A DNA stretch of 64,000 nt from NCBI RefSeq assembly GCF_002113885.1, contig NW_018405139.1, positions 1,573,797 to 1,637,796 on the forward strand. The letters are read 5' to 3'. Numbering within the stretch: the first letter of the stretch is position 1; every line of letters begins with the position of its first letter. The translations under genes were made by a program, and so were the position numbers. The stretch is from Mizuhopecten yessoensis (taxonomy: Eukaryota). The notes under the pieces were generated by a model that worked only from the letters and a program-made list of their open reading frames with translations, did no database searches and had not been told where the DNA came from. Positions 53,441 to 64,000 of this stretch are shown here, in pieces.

Positions 53441-56110
53441 ATTTTTTTTTTACCGAATAGGAGAAGGCAAAGTCAACGAATTTTGACGAAAAAATTGAAT
53501 ATTTATTTCTTGCCTTTTTGAGGAAATAGGGAATGTTAATTTTGGTATATCTGTCCGTCCGACAGTCACGTTTTAGTTTGTGTTGAATAACTGCCCTAAA
53601 ATTGGTAAGTATGCAACGGGATTCAAAACATATTCATATATATACGTATAATTGTTTATGTTACTTCTCTCTGATTGAATCATGGATTTTCATACCGTAA
53701 CTGCTATTCAAATGAACTGATTTCAAACATATTAGTTATGAATAATTATATCCATTTTTAGTATGGCAACCCACAATGACTGCAGTCAGCCCTTCTCTGT
53801 GCTTATAGAGACATACAATGTAGATATTTTACCTGCATAACTATAAAGGTAAACATACCTGATAGACTCTCCCATCTATATATATAAAGTGAAAAATCGT
53901 GAAGCGTCTGGCCTTGTCCGTCTTAGTAATTAACAATATTCATACGACATGCACTTGTGCAAACATTGACATGTAACCTAAACATTTATTAGAGCAAGAA
54001 AACATATTGTTTAACACCTTTGGGCACGCCTTGATAAGGAAATTCCCAACCAAGGGATGAGATCTGTAAATCATCAAAGCCCATCTAGATCCGAACGTCA
54101 TTTGCTAGTGTTCATTCACTTTTATAGAGAAACGTTATCCATAAGAGGCTTTCATGTAAAACGCATAGTGCATCTCTATGAGTTAACATTCATGAACGCA
54201 CTGACCTCCTGTCAGAGAACATCGTGACTAGGGAGTGTATAAAATATCTGACTGAGTTAAAAATGTGCAGTATCTTGTTGACTGGTGTTCTAAAACAACG
54301 TCATTTCAATGTGACAGGTGCCATTATTAATTGTTATAGTGGTCTGTGAAAGATTATCTAAACTTAAAAACACAGTTAATTTTTTTAAATTCTTCTTTGT
54401 TGCAAGTATAAATCTGATTATAACTGTCACTCTATTGGTTTGTAGGTTCAATTTTATTATATTTAGGAAATGCCTTAAGTAAAGAAAACATGACTCGTGA
54501 CAGGAACGCTCTTTTTAACCTATTTAAACCGCTTACGAGAGATCTCTAATGTTGATATACATTTGTTCACTTTCGAGGGTCGTCATGTGTAAATAGGTAA
54601 ATGATGTTTTTAAAATGGATACTCTGATAATGGTAGCATGAGGTAGGAACACATTTCACAAGCTTTAAAGTGCTATCAGATTGGTGTTTATATGAAAAAA
54701 TGTACGTGTTTCTGAAATTATTATATCTGTTTTATTGCCTGGTGAGTATTTAAGACGCTACATGTAAATTAGAATTAAAGCCACAAACTTTTACAGCTGA
54801 GCAGGCAGCGCTGTAATTACTGAACCTATCCCACGTAAATGTTTGTTTCTGACTGTTGGTGTTTTAACTGTTGATGTTTTCATTTATCAATGGCATATAT
54901 CATCAAGTTTAACATGGAGCATGAACGGCGACCCTATCCCACACACTGGTAATAACACCTATAAAATATTAGTAACAGATACAGCATGTCTAAAATGAAT
55001 TAAGCTTCGTCATACAGCTTTCAAATTTATAGCTTTTACACGTTCGTTTTACATAATAAAAACCAAATGTGAAACACGCTCTTAGCAGGTGTGTCGACAG
55101 TAGGAAACTCGTCATAATAAGATGTTTGTTCGTTGTACCTAAACAATTAATGAGTTTGTTCTCGTTTTCTTACTACCATGGACAGTCCCATTGTGTTTCA
55201 TACATGCAGTAGATATCTGATTTGGTTCCTTCATAAATTAACTCAAGTGATCTATGTCTTTTGTTATACCTATATAGATTCCTTTCATTTGACAATGTAA
55301 GACAATATACGAATGTAAACCGTACACGAATCAAAAATGAATTATAAGAGAGCAACACAAACTAAGATTTTATATTTTAATAGATTTTTTCCTGCAATAA
55401 TTTTAAAATGATTAAAAACAACACACACAAAAAAACAATATCGTGTAAACGTGTATTGACAAGAATACAACATTAATTTTCAGACAAATGTGTTTGTGTG
55501 GACCATATGACTTCTATACAAGCATATGAAATTTGAAAATATTTAAAATTATACGTATTAAATATAGTGTTTCTTAGTCACACGTACAAGTAAACAACAT
55601 TAACGTTACTGAACAATAGGCCTTACTTGCAAAAAGTATGCTAGGTAACTAGTATCAATTTAGGACTTTTTGTTGAGGTTAATATGCGGTTAAATGGACT
55701 GGATAAAGCGAGTCCAGTTAAATATCATTTTTATGTCCATTTAACACATATTCACCGAAATAGAATTCCCCAATTGCTATATTAGACATGAAACAATAAA
55801 CAATATTGAACATATGCAAGGTACTGCATTTGACCGAGAGCATTGTGACGTGGCAACATAAATTACGTCATAAAGTGAATATGTATTATATTGACCTGAT
55901 GTTTCTAAATGATTCAACCAATGTGATGATAGGCAATAACTATCATCAAACATATCACATTTATATACCTGAATTTTATATTTAAATATTACTTTATGGT
56001 TGACCATACAATCTCCGAGTACAACACCTTAGGAAGGAGCCAACAAAGTAGTAGTATGCATACAGAATACAAGCAATGTCACAAAAGGAGGTAATGAAAT
56101 CGTTATCTAG

Positions 56111-57529
56111 TTAGAATTCACTTTTCAAGTAAATAATCAGATCAACAATTTCAAAAAGTATAATACAGAAGTTGAGAATAATGAAAACTATTAAACAAAT
56201 CTTATCATACCATTTACCAACATCGTCCCAGGTTAACTGACGACCTGTGTTTTCTTTGTCTTGTCCATCTGATATGTCATCCTGACCAGTTCGCGAAACA
56301 GAGCGAACTAACGAATTTTCACTGATTTGTTGAGTCGCAGTATTATTCTTAAACATGACATTCCGGTTATCTCTGGATATTCCACTGATACCAGTATATA
56401 TAAAATATCCAGCTTCTGTCTTTCTGCAAAATTGTTCACTACTACCAACACTACTATCTTCACCATGAGGTAAAGAATTCCTTTTCATTTCTCCGATTTT
56501 ATTCTGTCGGGTACAACTGGTTATCAATCGTTGAATCCAGTGAGGTATTGGTCGATCCGCTGCTATTCTATAAATCCGAAGTCCAAATATGGCCATCACT
56601 ACTGTAATGCTACTGCACAGGAGCTGAATAAGAAGGTAAATTGTGAGGCGAGGTACATGAGGCTGGGAAGAACTTGGCAGTTTATCTGATACTATTGATA
56701 AAAATACGGTCAAAGACAAAAGTATCGTGGTACCAAACGCAGACCTTTCCCCTGGCTCAGGGGGCAAAATGAAAATGAATACATTTAGGAAACATATTAC
56801 TGATATAGGTAGAAGTAAATTCAGAATGATGAAAAGTGGTCTTCGCTCAAACTTTAGCACCATTTTGATTACTTCACTACCATCAGCTATATTTTCTATA
56901 CTCATTTGTGATGAATGGATTTTCCAGCTCCCGTTTTCGGTGAAGTTCGTTTTAGATATTGAACCTTCAGGAAGACGCAACGAAAAGAAACCTGGAATAT
57001 ATCCTGTCGGTATGAAGAAAATTTCGCATATTTGCCGATCTGTAGGATAATACGCAACATTGGCCATGCAGGAAATCTCAAACAAATTAGGAACCTCCCA
57101 ATAGGCATCTCCATTATACCCGTATATCACCCTGACAAAGTCCACCCCGATTCGTTTTAATTCACTGTATGGCTTTCCAACCACAGCGAAAGGAAACCAG
57201 ACCTTGGCCTCGGCTAGAGGTAAAACGGTAATGTTCCCGTGCTGTTGTGGGTTCCAGACAATTCTGTCGTCATTCCAGTTAAGGCCGAAAGATCCAAGAA
57301 TGGACAATTTCCCGTTAAGAGCGTCAAATTCTTGCAGTGAGAACAAGTTGAATGTTACATACAGTGCGACGGGGTCCGTCTGGGCACTGTTCGGACTTAA
57401 ATCCTTGTTATAGTTGGTTAACAGCTGGGTATGGAGATTTTGTACATCTTGTCGTGTTGCGGCATTGTCTATTCCATTAAACAACGAAAGAAAACAACAG
57501 AAGTACATGGCAAATTGAAGGAAGCCCAT
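56111..57529 (-). CDS. Intronless, atypical (non-alpha) nicotinic acetylcholine receptor-like subunit, 472 aa
   Basis: Single uninterrupted ORF from ATG 57529. Signal peptide, LLTNYNKDLSP, WNDDRIVWNP, Cys-loop CMANVAYYPTDRQIC, FERRPLF..LNLLLP, M2 GERSAFGTTILLSLTVFL, M3, M4 WDDVGKWYDKICL. No vicinal Cys pair. Confidence 0.95.
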   Translation of the reverse strand: MGFLQFAMYFCCFLSLFNGIDNAATRQDVQNLHTQLLTNYNKDLSPNSAQTDPVALYVTFNLFSLQEFDALNGKLSILGSFGLNWNDDRIVWNPQQHGNITVLPLAEAKVWFPFAVVGKPYSELKRIGVDFVRVIYGYNGDAYWEVPNLFEISCMANVAYYPTDRQICEIFFIPTGYIPGFFSLRLPEGSISKTNFTENGSWKIHSSQMSIENIADGSEVIKMVLKFERRPLFIILNLLLPISVICFLNVFIFILPPEPGERSAFGTTILLSLTVFLSIVSDKLPSSSQPHVPRLTIYLLIQLLCSSITVVMAIFGLRIYRIAADRPIPHWIQRLITSCTRQNKIGEMKRNSLPHGEDSSVGSSEQFCRKTEAGYFIYTGISGISRDNRNVMFKNNTATQQISENSLVRSVSRTGQDDISDGQDKENTGRQLTWDDVGKWYDKICLIVFIILNFCIILFEIVDLIIYLKSEF

Positions 57530-59588
57530 ATTAACACAGAACACAATGTTCTGAACACCTATGCACTTACTTCTGATTTAGACACATTTATAAGTTGATA
57601 CAAAAAATGTAACTATAGACAACATCACACGTCAACCTATTCGACTGTGACTTTAAGTGGGTGGACGTCATTTGATGTGGTTCGATAAACGCAAAACTGC
57701 GTGTTTAACATCATGACTCATTCTCACCTTTCCTACACAGAAAACGAGGTTTTAGTTTATACATATGTTATGATGGATCCTGTAATGTTAGTAAGATGTT
57801 CCGCTTGGGTTTGCACAGTGTATCGTTATTTGAAACAGTTACTACTTTAAGGATTGACAATTTCGTATACATCCATTAAGTGAACAGGAAGATACATTTA
57901 TTTAACAGTTGTAAGTAAACATTTTTCTTTCGAGAAATTATCAATAACAACAAAGAAACATTAAATTTTAATAATTTTGATGAAAGATAAATATGTTTAC
58001 AGTACTTAAAAAGTCTATATCAACAAGTCACATTCTGCCTTTTTTAATTCTGTATCTTCGTCAGCATTACATTTGCTCTTTTCGTGGTATTGCGAACATC
58101 ATATTCACAGCACTTAACATACATTTTTATGCAATGAGACCATCACGCTGGTGCAATAATCAAGAATAAATCACTACTCCTGAATTCTGCAATAAAAATT
58201 GAAGACGCACAAGCTAAAATGTCTCGCTATCAATTTACACATGTAAACAAAACATTTGTTGTTTTATATATGTATGGTTTAATGATGTTTTGATTAAATT
58301 ATAGTAATGGAAGTTATATATTTCTGGGTTTTTTTTCACATACTACTTTGTATATCAAAGAAAACGCACTAACTATTGCTAAGGCTAACCTCAGAAGTCA
58401 TTCCGGCTGTTGAATGTACAGCTGGACATTTGAATTTCAAATTATGGTAAATACGTAATATTACATCGAAAACCCGTGTATAAGTGTAAAGTAAGGCGGG
58501 ATATATTGCCTTGTCTTAAATCCTGATTATTATAGGATCTTAATGGCAGAAATATTTAAAGATCAAAGCATTTTTTTTGTTAAGATAATCTCAAAACAAA
58601 AATAACTCAGTGCCACTATGTGTAGTAAGTGCTATATACAAACATACAGTTGTCTTCAATGTCAAATTTGCAGCAGTTGTGTGTCTTATTTAATTTGACA
58701 TTTAAGCTATGATAGTTGTAAAATGACTTCCTGAATTTTCCTAACGTCGAAAATGCGCACCACATATGGCAAAAACAAAATCCGCTTTCAACTTCCTTTA
58801 TTTAATGCTTCATTTTATTTAATTTCGCTCTAATGTTTCAGTTATTTATATTTTTCATGTTTGGTTATAATTTACTTGTTCGGTTTTCACGCTGGTATTT
58901 TTTTTTTAGCTGTAAAATAATAGTGTTGTAAATATAGAATGACATCATTCATAGAAATTGCAATTCCTTGTGGATCCTGAATCCCAGGGAAGACCTAGTG
59001 GAGGATGATGGCCTTTGTATGATGAGGTAAAGATCCTGCACAGTGTCTGTCCTAGGTACTTCTGCTGAGCTCGTTGTGAAAATGATTAACTCGATGTTTT
59101 TTCTAAGGCGTAATATTTTCGCAACAATATTCAAGTGTTGTTTAATCCAAATATGGCTCATTTGTGGTTTTATATGCAGTGGACGTTGGGCTCATATGCA
59201 CTAATTTTAATACGAAAAATATATTAATCCAAATATGTATGGACATTAAGTATATGATTCAGAGAAAACATCAGAATACATCTTTGTAAGAAAACCCCTT
59301 ATTAAAACTCTAAAACATGAAGAAAGGAAAATTTAAACGGAAATACAATTTAATAGGAAATACATTTCGTACATGGTAATATAGCTTTATTTTCTTATTT
59401 CCGAAATTAATGCATACACGTGTAAACGTTGAAGTTATGAAATTAATGTTAAGAGGTTTCGAGATGAAATCGTACAATAGATCCCACCATTACATCAGCG
59501 TCCTACTCATAGAAGTTGACATAGACGTGACTGATTACGTTAAATACAGTGTTCAACCCATATGTTGATGGTCAATTTTATCTCTACA

Positions 59589-59897
59589 CCATCCATGAAT
59601 TTCCAGGGTTCACACCCTCTCACGTTCTCTGCACTCCCGGGATATCTCAAGACAAAATCGAAAGCTCTCTACGACTTCCTCGAATAGTAAGAATCACGCG
59701 GCAGCGTAACACTTTGAAGCTTGTTGTCGCTCCTCTGTAATCTTCAAAAGACAGGAATCAGCCAAACGATTGGTCAGTTTTTTTTTACCTGAAACCAATC
59801 CAATACCGTAGCTTATCGAGCGCCTTCGATTTTGTCATGGTGTATTCCAAAAATGCAGAGAACGAAAGTGATCGTTATCTCTTAAATTTCGAGTACG
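59589..59897. mobile_element. MITE, same family as 7209-7575
   Basis: Shared CTCTGCA..CAAAATCGAAAGCTC, CTCCTCTGTAATCTTCAAA, GATTGG..TTTTACCTGA.ACCAATC and TGCAGAGA.CGAAAGTGA. Confidence 0.7.
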
Positions 59898-61129
59898 TGT
59901 CTACACAAACAGCACAAATGTCGTGCATTTGCCCTTTGGTGTTGATCTGATCTCCAGTCATGCGTGTGCACACTTTTATATACACAACCCATTCTTTTTT
60001 TATGTTTCCACCACATCAAACCGGGGTGTTCTCTGAGTGCCATCATATTTAACAACAATAGGCAAGTGTTGTTTTATGAAAAAATGTATGAAACAATGGC
60101 AAGTCAATTAATACTGTTTCACCTGAATATTTACACGATATTCACCTTGATTCCTCTACACGCCTTCTTAGATAACGTTTGCTTCGATATATCTGGTCAA
60201 AATCTTAAAATGTTTTATCTTCTAAACACTGAAGAGGGTCTCCTTATGTTTTGAAGGAAACAAAATAAAAATAACAGAAAACGTCTGATTGTGCGTTCAG
60301 GTTATTAAAAATAATGTTATGAGGGAACATATATATATATATACATGTATGACGAAGGCTGTAATGTGTTAGCACTTGTTAAGCACACATGAACGATTTT
60401 TTTCTTCAAGTGAATAGGACTAAGAAAAATCTCAAATGAAGGGAAAATATGAGAAAAATCTTTAATTTAAGACAGAGAAAAGCTACTGGTTCCATGAATA
60501 TATTCTGATCTCATTCAAGACAAAGAAGGCTGAAGCAGCATCTGCACATACATATACATCTGTTGACCTAAATGAGAGTTGAATAAATAAGTCCCTAGTC
60601 CAAATACATACATACGATTTTTTTAATCCCTTTTATTTAAGTAAGTGTGGCGTTGTTTGCATTGCCTTTTTTAAATTTAACTTTAATATTTTTCTTAATT
60701 TCGACAAGTTATGTATCCATTATAGTGTATTTAAAGCCCCAAGTCTGTCCCGAATGTTCGACATTGACTAGCTTGGATGATACATTGTAGGTGCTTTTTT
60801 AAAATCTGCCAATATACTTTTTTTTTTGCCATCGATATTAGACAATGTAGCTGTTTGTATGAATTGTCTTGTTTCTGAATCCTTGGTCTCGATGCAAATT
60901 TTCCTTGAAAATATCTTCAATTTTAGTTTAATCTTATATAAAAATAAAATTTAAATTAAATAAACAACACTGTAAATTGCGGGGCTTCAAGGCCTAGGTG
61001 TCAGTCCCTGCGACACAATAGACATAAGCATTAGGTATGTAAATAAGCAGAAAAATAAAATATTCACCACTACCCAATACAGTAGATTGAGCATGTACAT
61101 AACAAATACAATACAGAAGGGAGTGAAGA

Positions 61130-63655
61130 GTACTTCATACTTTTCACATATTTACAAACCAAATGCAGTATAGCAGGGTAGAATAGAATACTTCACATAT
61201 TTACAAACCAAATGCAGTATAACAGGGAAGAATAGAATACTTCACATATTTACATACCAAATGCGGTATAGCAAGGTAGAATAGAATATTTCAAATATTT
61301 ACAAACCAAATGCAGTATAGCAGGGTAGAAAAAAAAACTTCACATATTTACAAACCAAATGCAGTATAGCAGGGTAGAAAAGAATACTTCACATATTTAC
61401 ATAACAAATGCGGTATAGCAGGGTAGAAAAGAATACTTTTTATATTTACATATAAAATGCAGTATAGCAGGGCAGAAAAGAATACTTCACATATTTACAT
61501 AACAAATGCAGTATAGCAAGGTAGAAAAGAATACTTCACATATTTACATACCGAATGCAGTATAGCAAGGTAGAAAAGAATGCTTCACATATTCACATAA
61601 CAAAAGCGGTATAGCAGGATAAAAAAGAATACTTCACATATTTACATACCAAATACAGTTTAGCAGGGTAGAATAGAATACTTCACATATTTACATACCA
61701 AATGCAGCATAGCAGGGTAGAATAGAATATTTCACATATTTACATACTAAATGCAGTATAGCAAGGTAGAAAAGAATACTTCACATATTTACATACCGAA
61801 TGTAGTATAGCAGGGTAGAAAAGAATACTTCACATATTTACAAACCAAATACAGTTTAGCAGGGTAGAATAGAATACTTCACATATTTACATACCAAATG
61901 CAGTATAGCAGGGTAGAATAGAATATTTCACATATTTACATACTAAATGCAGTATAACAAGGTAGAAAAGAATACTTCACATATTTACATACCAAATGCA
62001 GTAAAGCAGGGTATAATAGAATACTTCACATATTTACATACCAAATAATGCAGTGTAGCAGGGTAGAAAAGAATACTTCACATATTTACATATTTACATA
62101 ACAAATGCAGTATAGCAGGGTAGAAAAGAATACTTCACATATTTACAAACCAAATGCAGTATAGCAGGGTAGATAAAGAATACTTCACATATTTACATAC
62201 CAAATGCAGTGTAGCAGGGTAGAATAGAATACTTCACATATTTACATAACAAATGCAGAATAGCAGGGTAGAATAGAATACTTCACATATTTACATACCG
62301 AATGCAGTATAGAAGGTTTGAATAGAATACTTCACATATTTACATAACAAATGCAGTATAGCAGGTTAGAATAGAATACTTCACATATTTACATACCAAA
62401 TGCAGTATAGAAGGTTTGAATAGAATACTTCACATATTTACATAACAACTGCAGTATAGCAGGTTAGAATAGAATAATTCACATATTTACATACCAAATG
62501 CAGTATAGCAGGGGAGATAAAGAATACTTCACATATTTACATACCAAATGCAGTATAGCAGGGTATAATAGAATACTTCACATATTTACATACCAAATAA
62601 TGCAGCGTAGCAGGGTAGAAAAGAATACTTCACATATTTACATATTTACAAAACAAATGCAGTATAGCAGGGTAGAAAAGAATACTTCACATATTTAGCT
62701 ACCAAATGCAGTGTAGCAGGGTAGAATAGAATACTTCACATATTCACATCCCAAATGCAGTATAGCAGGGTAGATAAAGAATACTTCACATATTTACATA
62801 CCAAATGCAGTATAGCAGGGTAGAAAAAGAAAAACTTCACATATTTACATACCGAATGCAGTATAGCAGGGTAGAAAAGAATACTTCACATATTTACATA
62901 CCAAATACAGTATAGCAGGGTAGATAAAGAATACTTCACATGTTTACATACCAAATGCAGTATAGCAGGGTAGAAAAGAATACTTCACATATTTACATAC
63001 CAAATGCAGTGTAGCAGGGTAGAATAGAATACTTCACATATTTACATAACAAATGCAGTAAAGCAGGGTAGAAAGGAATACTTCACATATTTACATACCA
63101 AATGCAGTATAGCAGGTTAGAAAATAATACTTCACATATTTACATACCAAATGCAGTATAGCAGGGTAGAAAACAATACTTAACATATTTACATACCAAA
63201 TGCAGTAAAGCAAGGTAGAAAAGAATACTTCACATATTTACATAAGAAATGCAGTATAGCAGGGTAGAATAGAATACTTCACATATTTACATACCAAATG
63301 CAGTATAGCAGGTTAGAAAATAATACTTCACATATTTACATACCAAATGCAGTAAAGCAGGGTAGAAACGAATACCTAACATATTTACATACCAAATGCA
63401 GTAAAGCAGGGTAGAAAAGAATACTTCACATATTTACATAACAAATGCAGTATAGCAGGGTAGAATAGAATACTTCACATATTTACATACCAAATGCAGT
63501 ATAGCAGGGTAGAAAAGAACACTTCACATATTCACATACCAAATGCAGTAAAGCAGGGTAGAAACGAATACCTAACATATTTACATACCAAATGCAGTAT
63601 AGCAAGGTAGAAAAGAATACTACACATATTTACATATTTACATACCAAATGCAGA
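61130..63655. repeat. Tandem satellite, 49-bp unit, ~50 copies
   Basis: ATACTTCACATATTTACATACCAAATGCAGTATAGCAGGGTAGAAAAGA, period 49 (e.g. 61191, 61240). Confidence 0.97.
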
Positions 63656-64000
63656 TGTCTGTGGTGATACGTTACACCACGCAGGATCTTTGAAATAATT
63701 TAGTTTTATGCATTTAATGCAAAAATTAGTAGGTATTCCTTTCCATCGTTATACCTCGTAGAAAAGCGTTGTAACTAAGAGGTTGTGCCATACTAACGTT
63801 AGGAACACACCACATCGCTTCATATTTAGACTTTGGAATTAAACTAATATGTTTTAACTAAAGATGGACTATCTGCATTGTTCGGGGTTAAGGTGCGATC
63901 TACCTGCTCGGTCTGTCTAAGTCCAAGTTATATCAAAATCGGATTCACTTGAAATGTGTTATACGGCAATACTTAAAAGGATTAACTAAAATATCAATAA

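Noticed and set aside
57530-57544. GTG start of the 477-aa ORF
   Set aside because: For a eukaryotic gene, ATG 57529 directly begins the signal peptide.
61130-63655. CRISPR-like array (also 5262-6030 and 36925-37200)
   Set aside because: Head-to-tail monomers with no unique spacers, no cas genes, and a eukaryotic context.

Overview
AT-rich eukaryotic genomic DNA with spliceosomal (GT-AG) genes. It is most likely from a bivalve mollusc, inferred from Meta-, V- and CORE-type SINEs, Helentron-type repeats and an intronless nAChR-like gene. From left to right: (1) an internally deleted, inactivated DIRS1-type tyrosine-recombinase retrotransposon running off the left edge; (2) two tandem 8-coding-exon paralogues encoding highly divergent GlyR/GluCl-like Cys-loop channels; (3) a 4-exon MATCAP/KIAA0895 tubulin tyrosine carboxypeptidase gene; (4) a convergent dynein light chain roadblock gene with two duplicated, alternative last coding exons; (5) a composite direct-repeat DNA element (KolobokP-like) nested in a decayed LINE; (6) an intronless atypical nAChR-like gene; (7) a 2.5-kb 49-bp satellite. 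Many SINE, LINE, Penelope and MITE relics lie in between. The best candidate for an undescribed system is the orphan Cys-loop pair. Both copies lack the canonical agonist-binding residues and the near-invariant gating pair (Cys-loop Asp, pre-M1 Arg) and carry Lys at M2 2', yet both are intact and appear to be under purifying selection. All gene models were built by hand from splice signals and reading frame; no database search was run.
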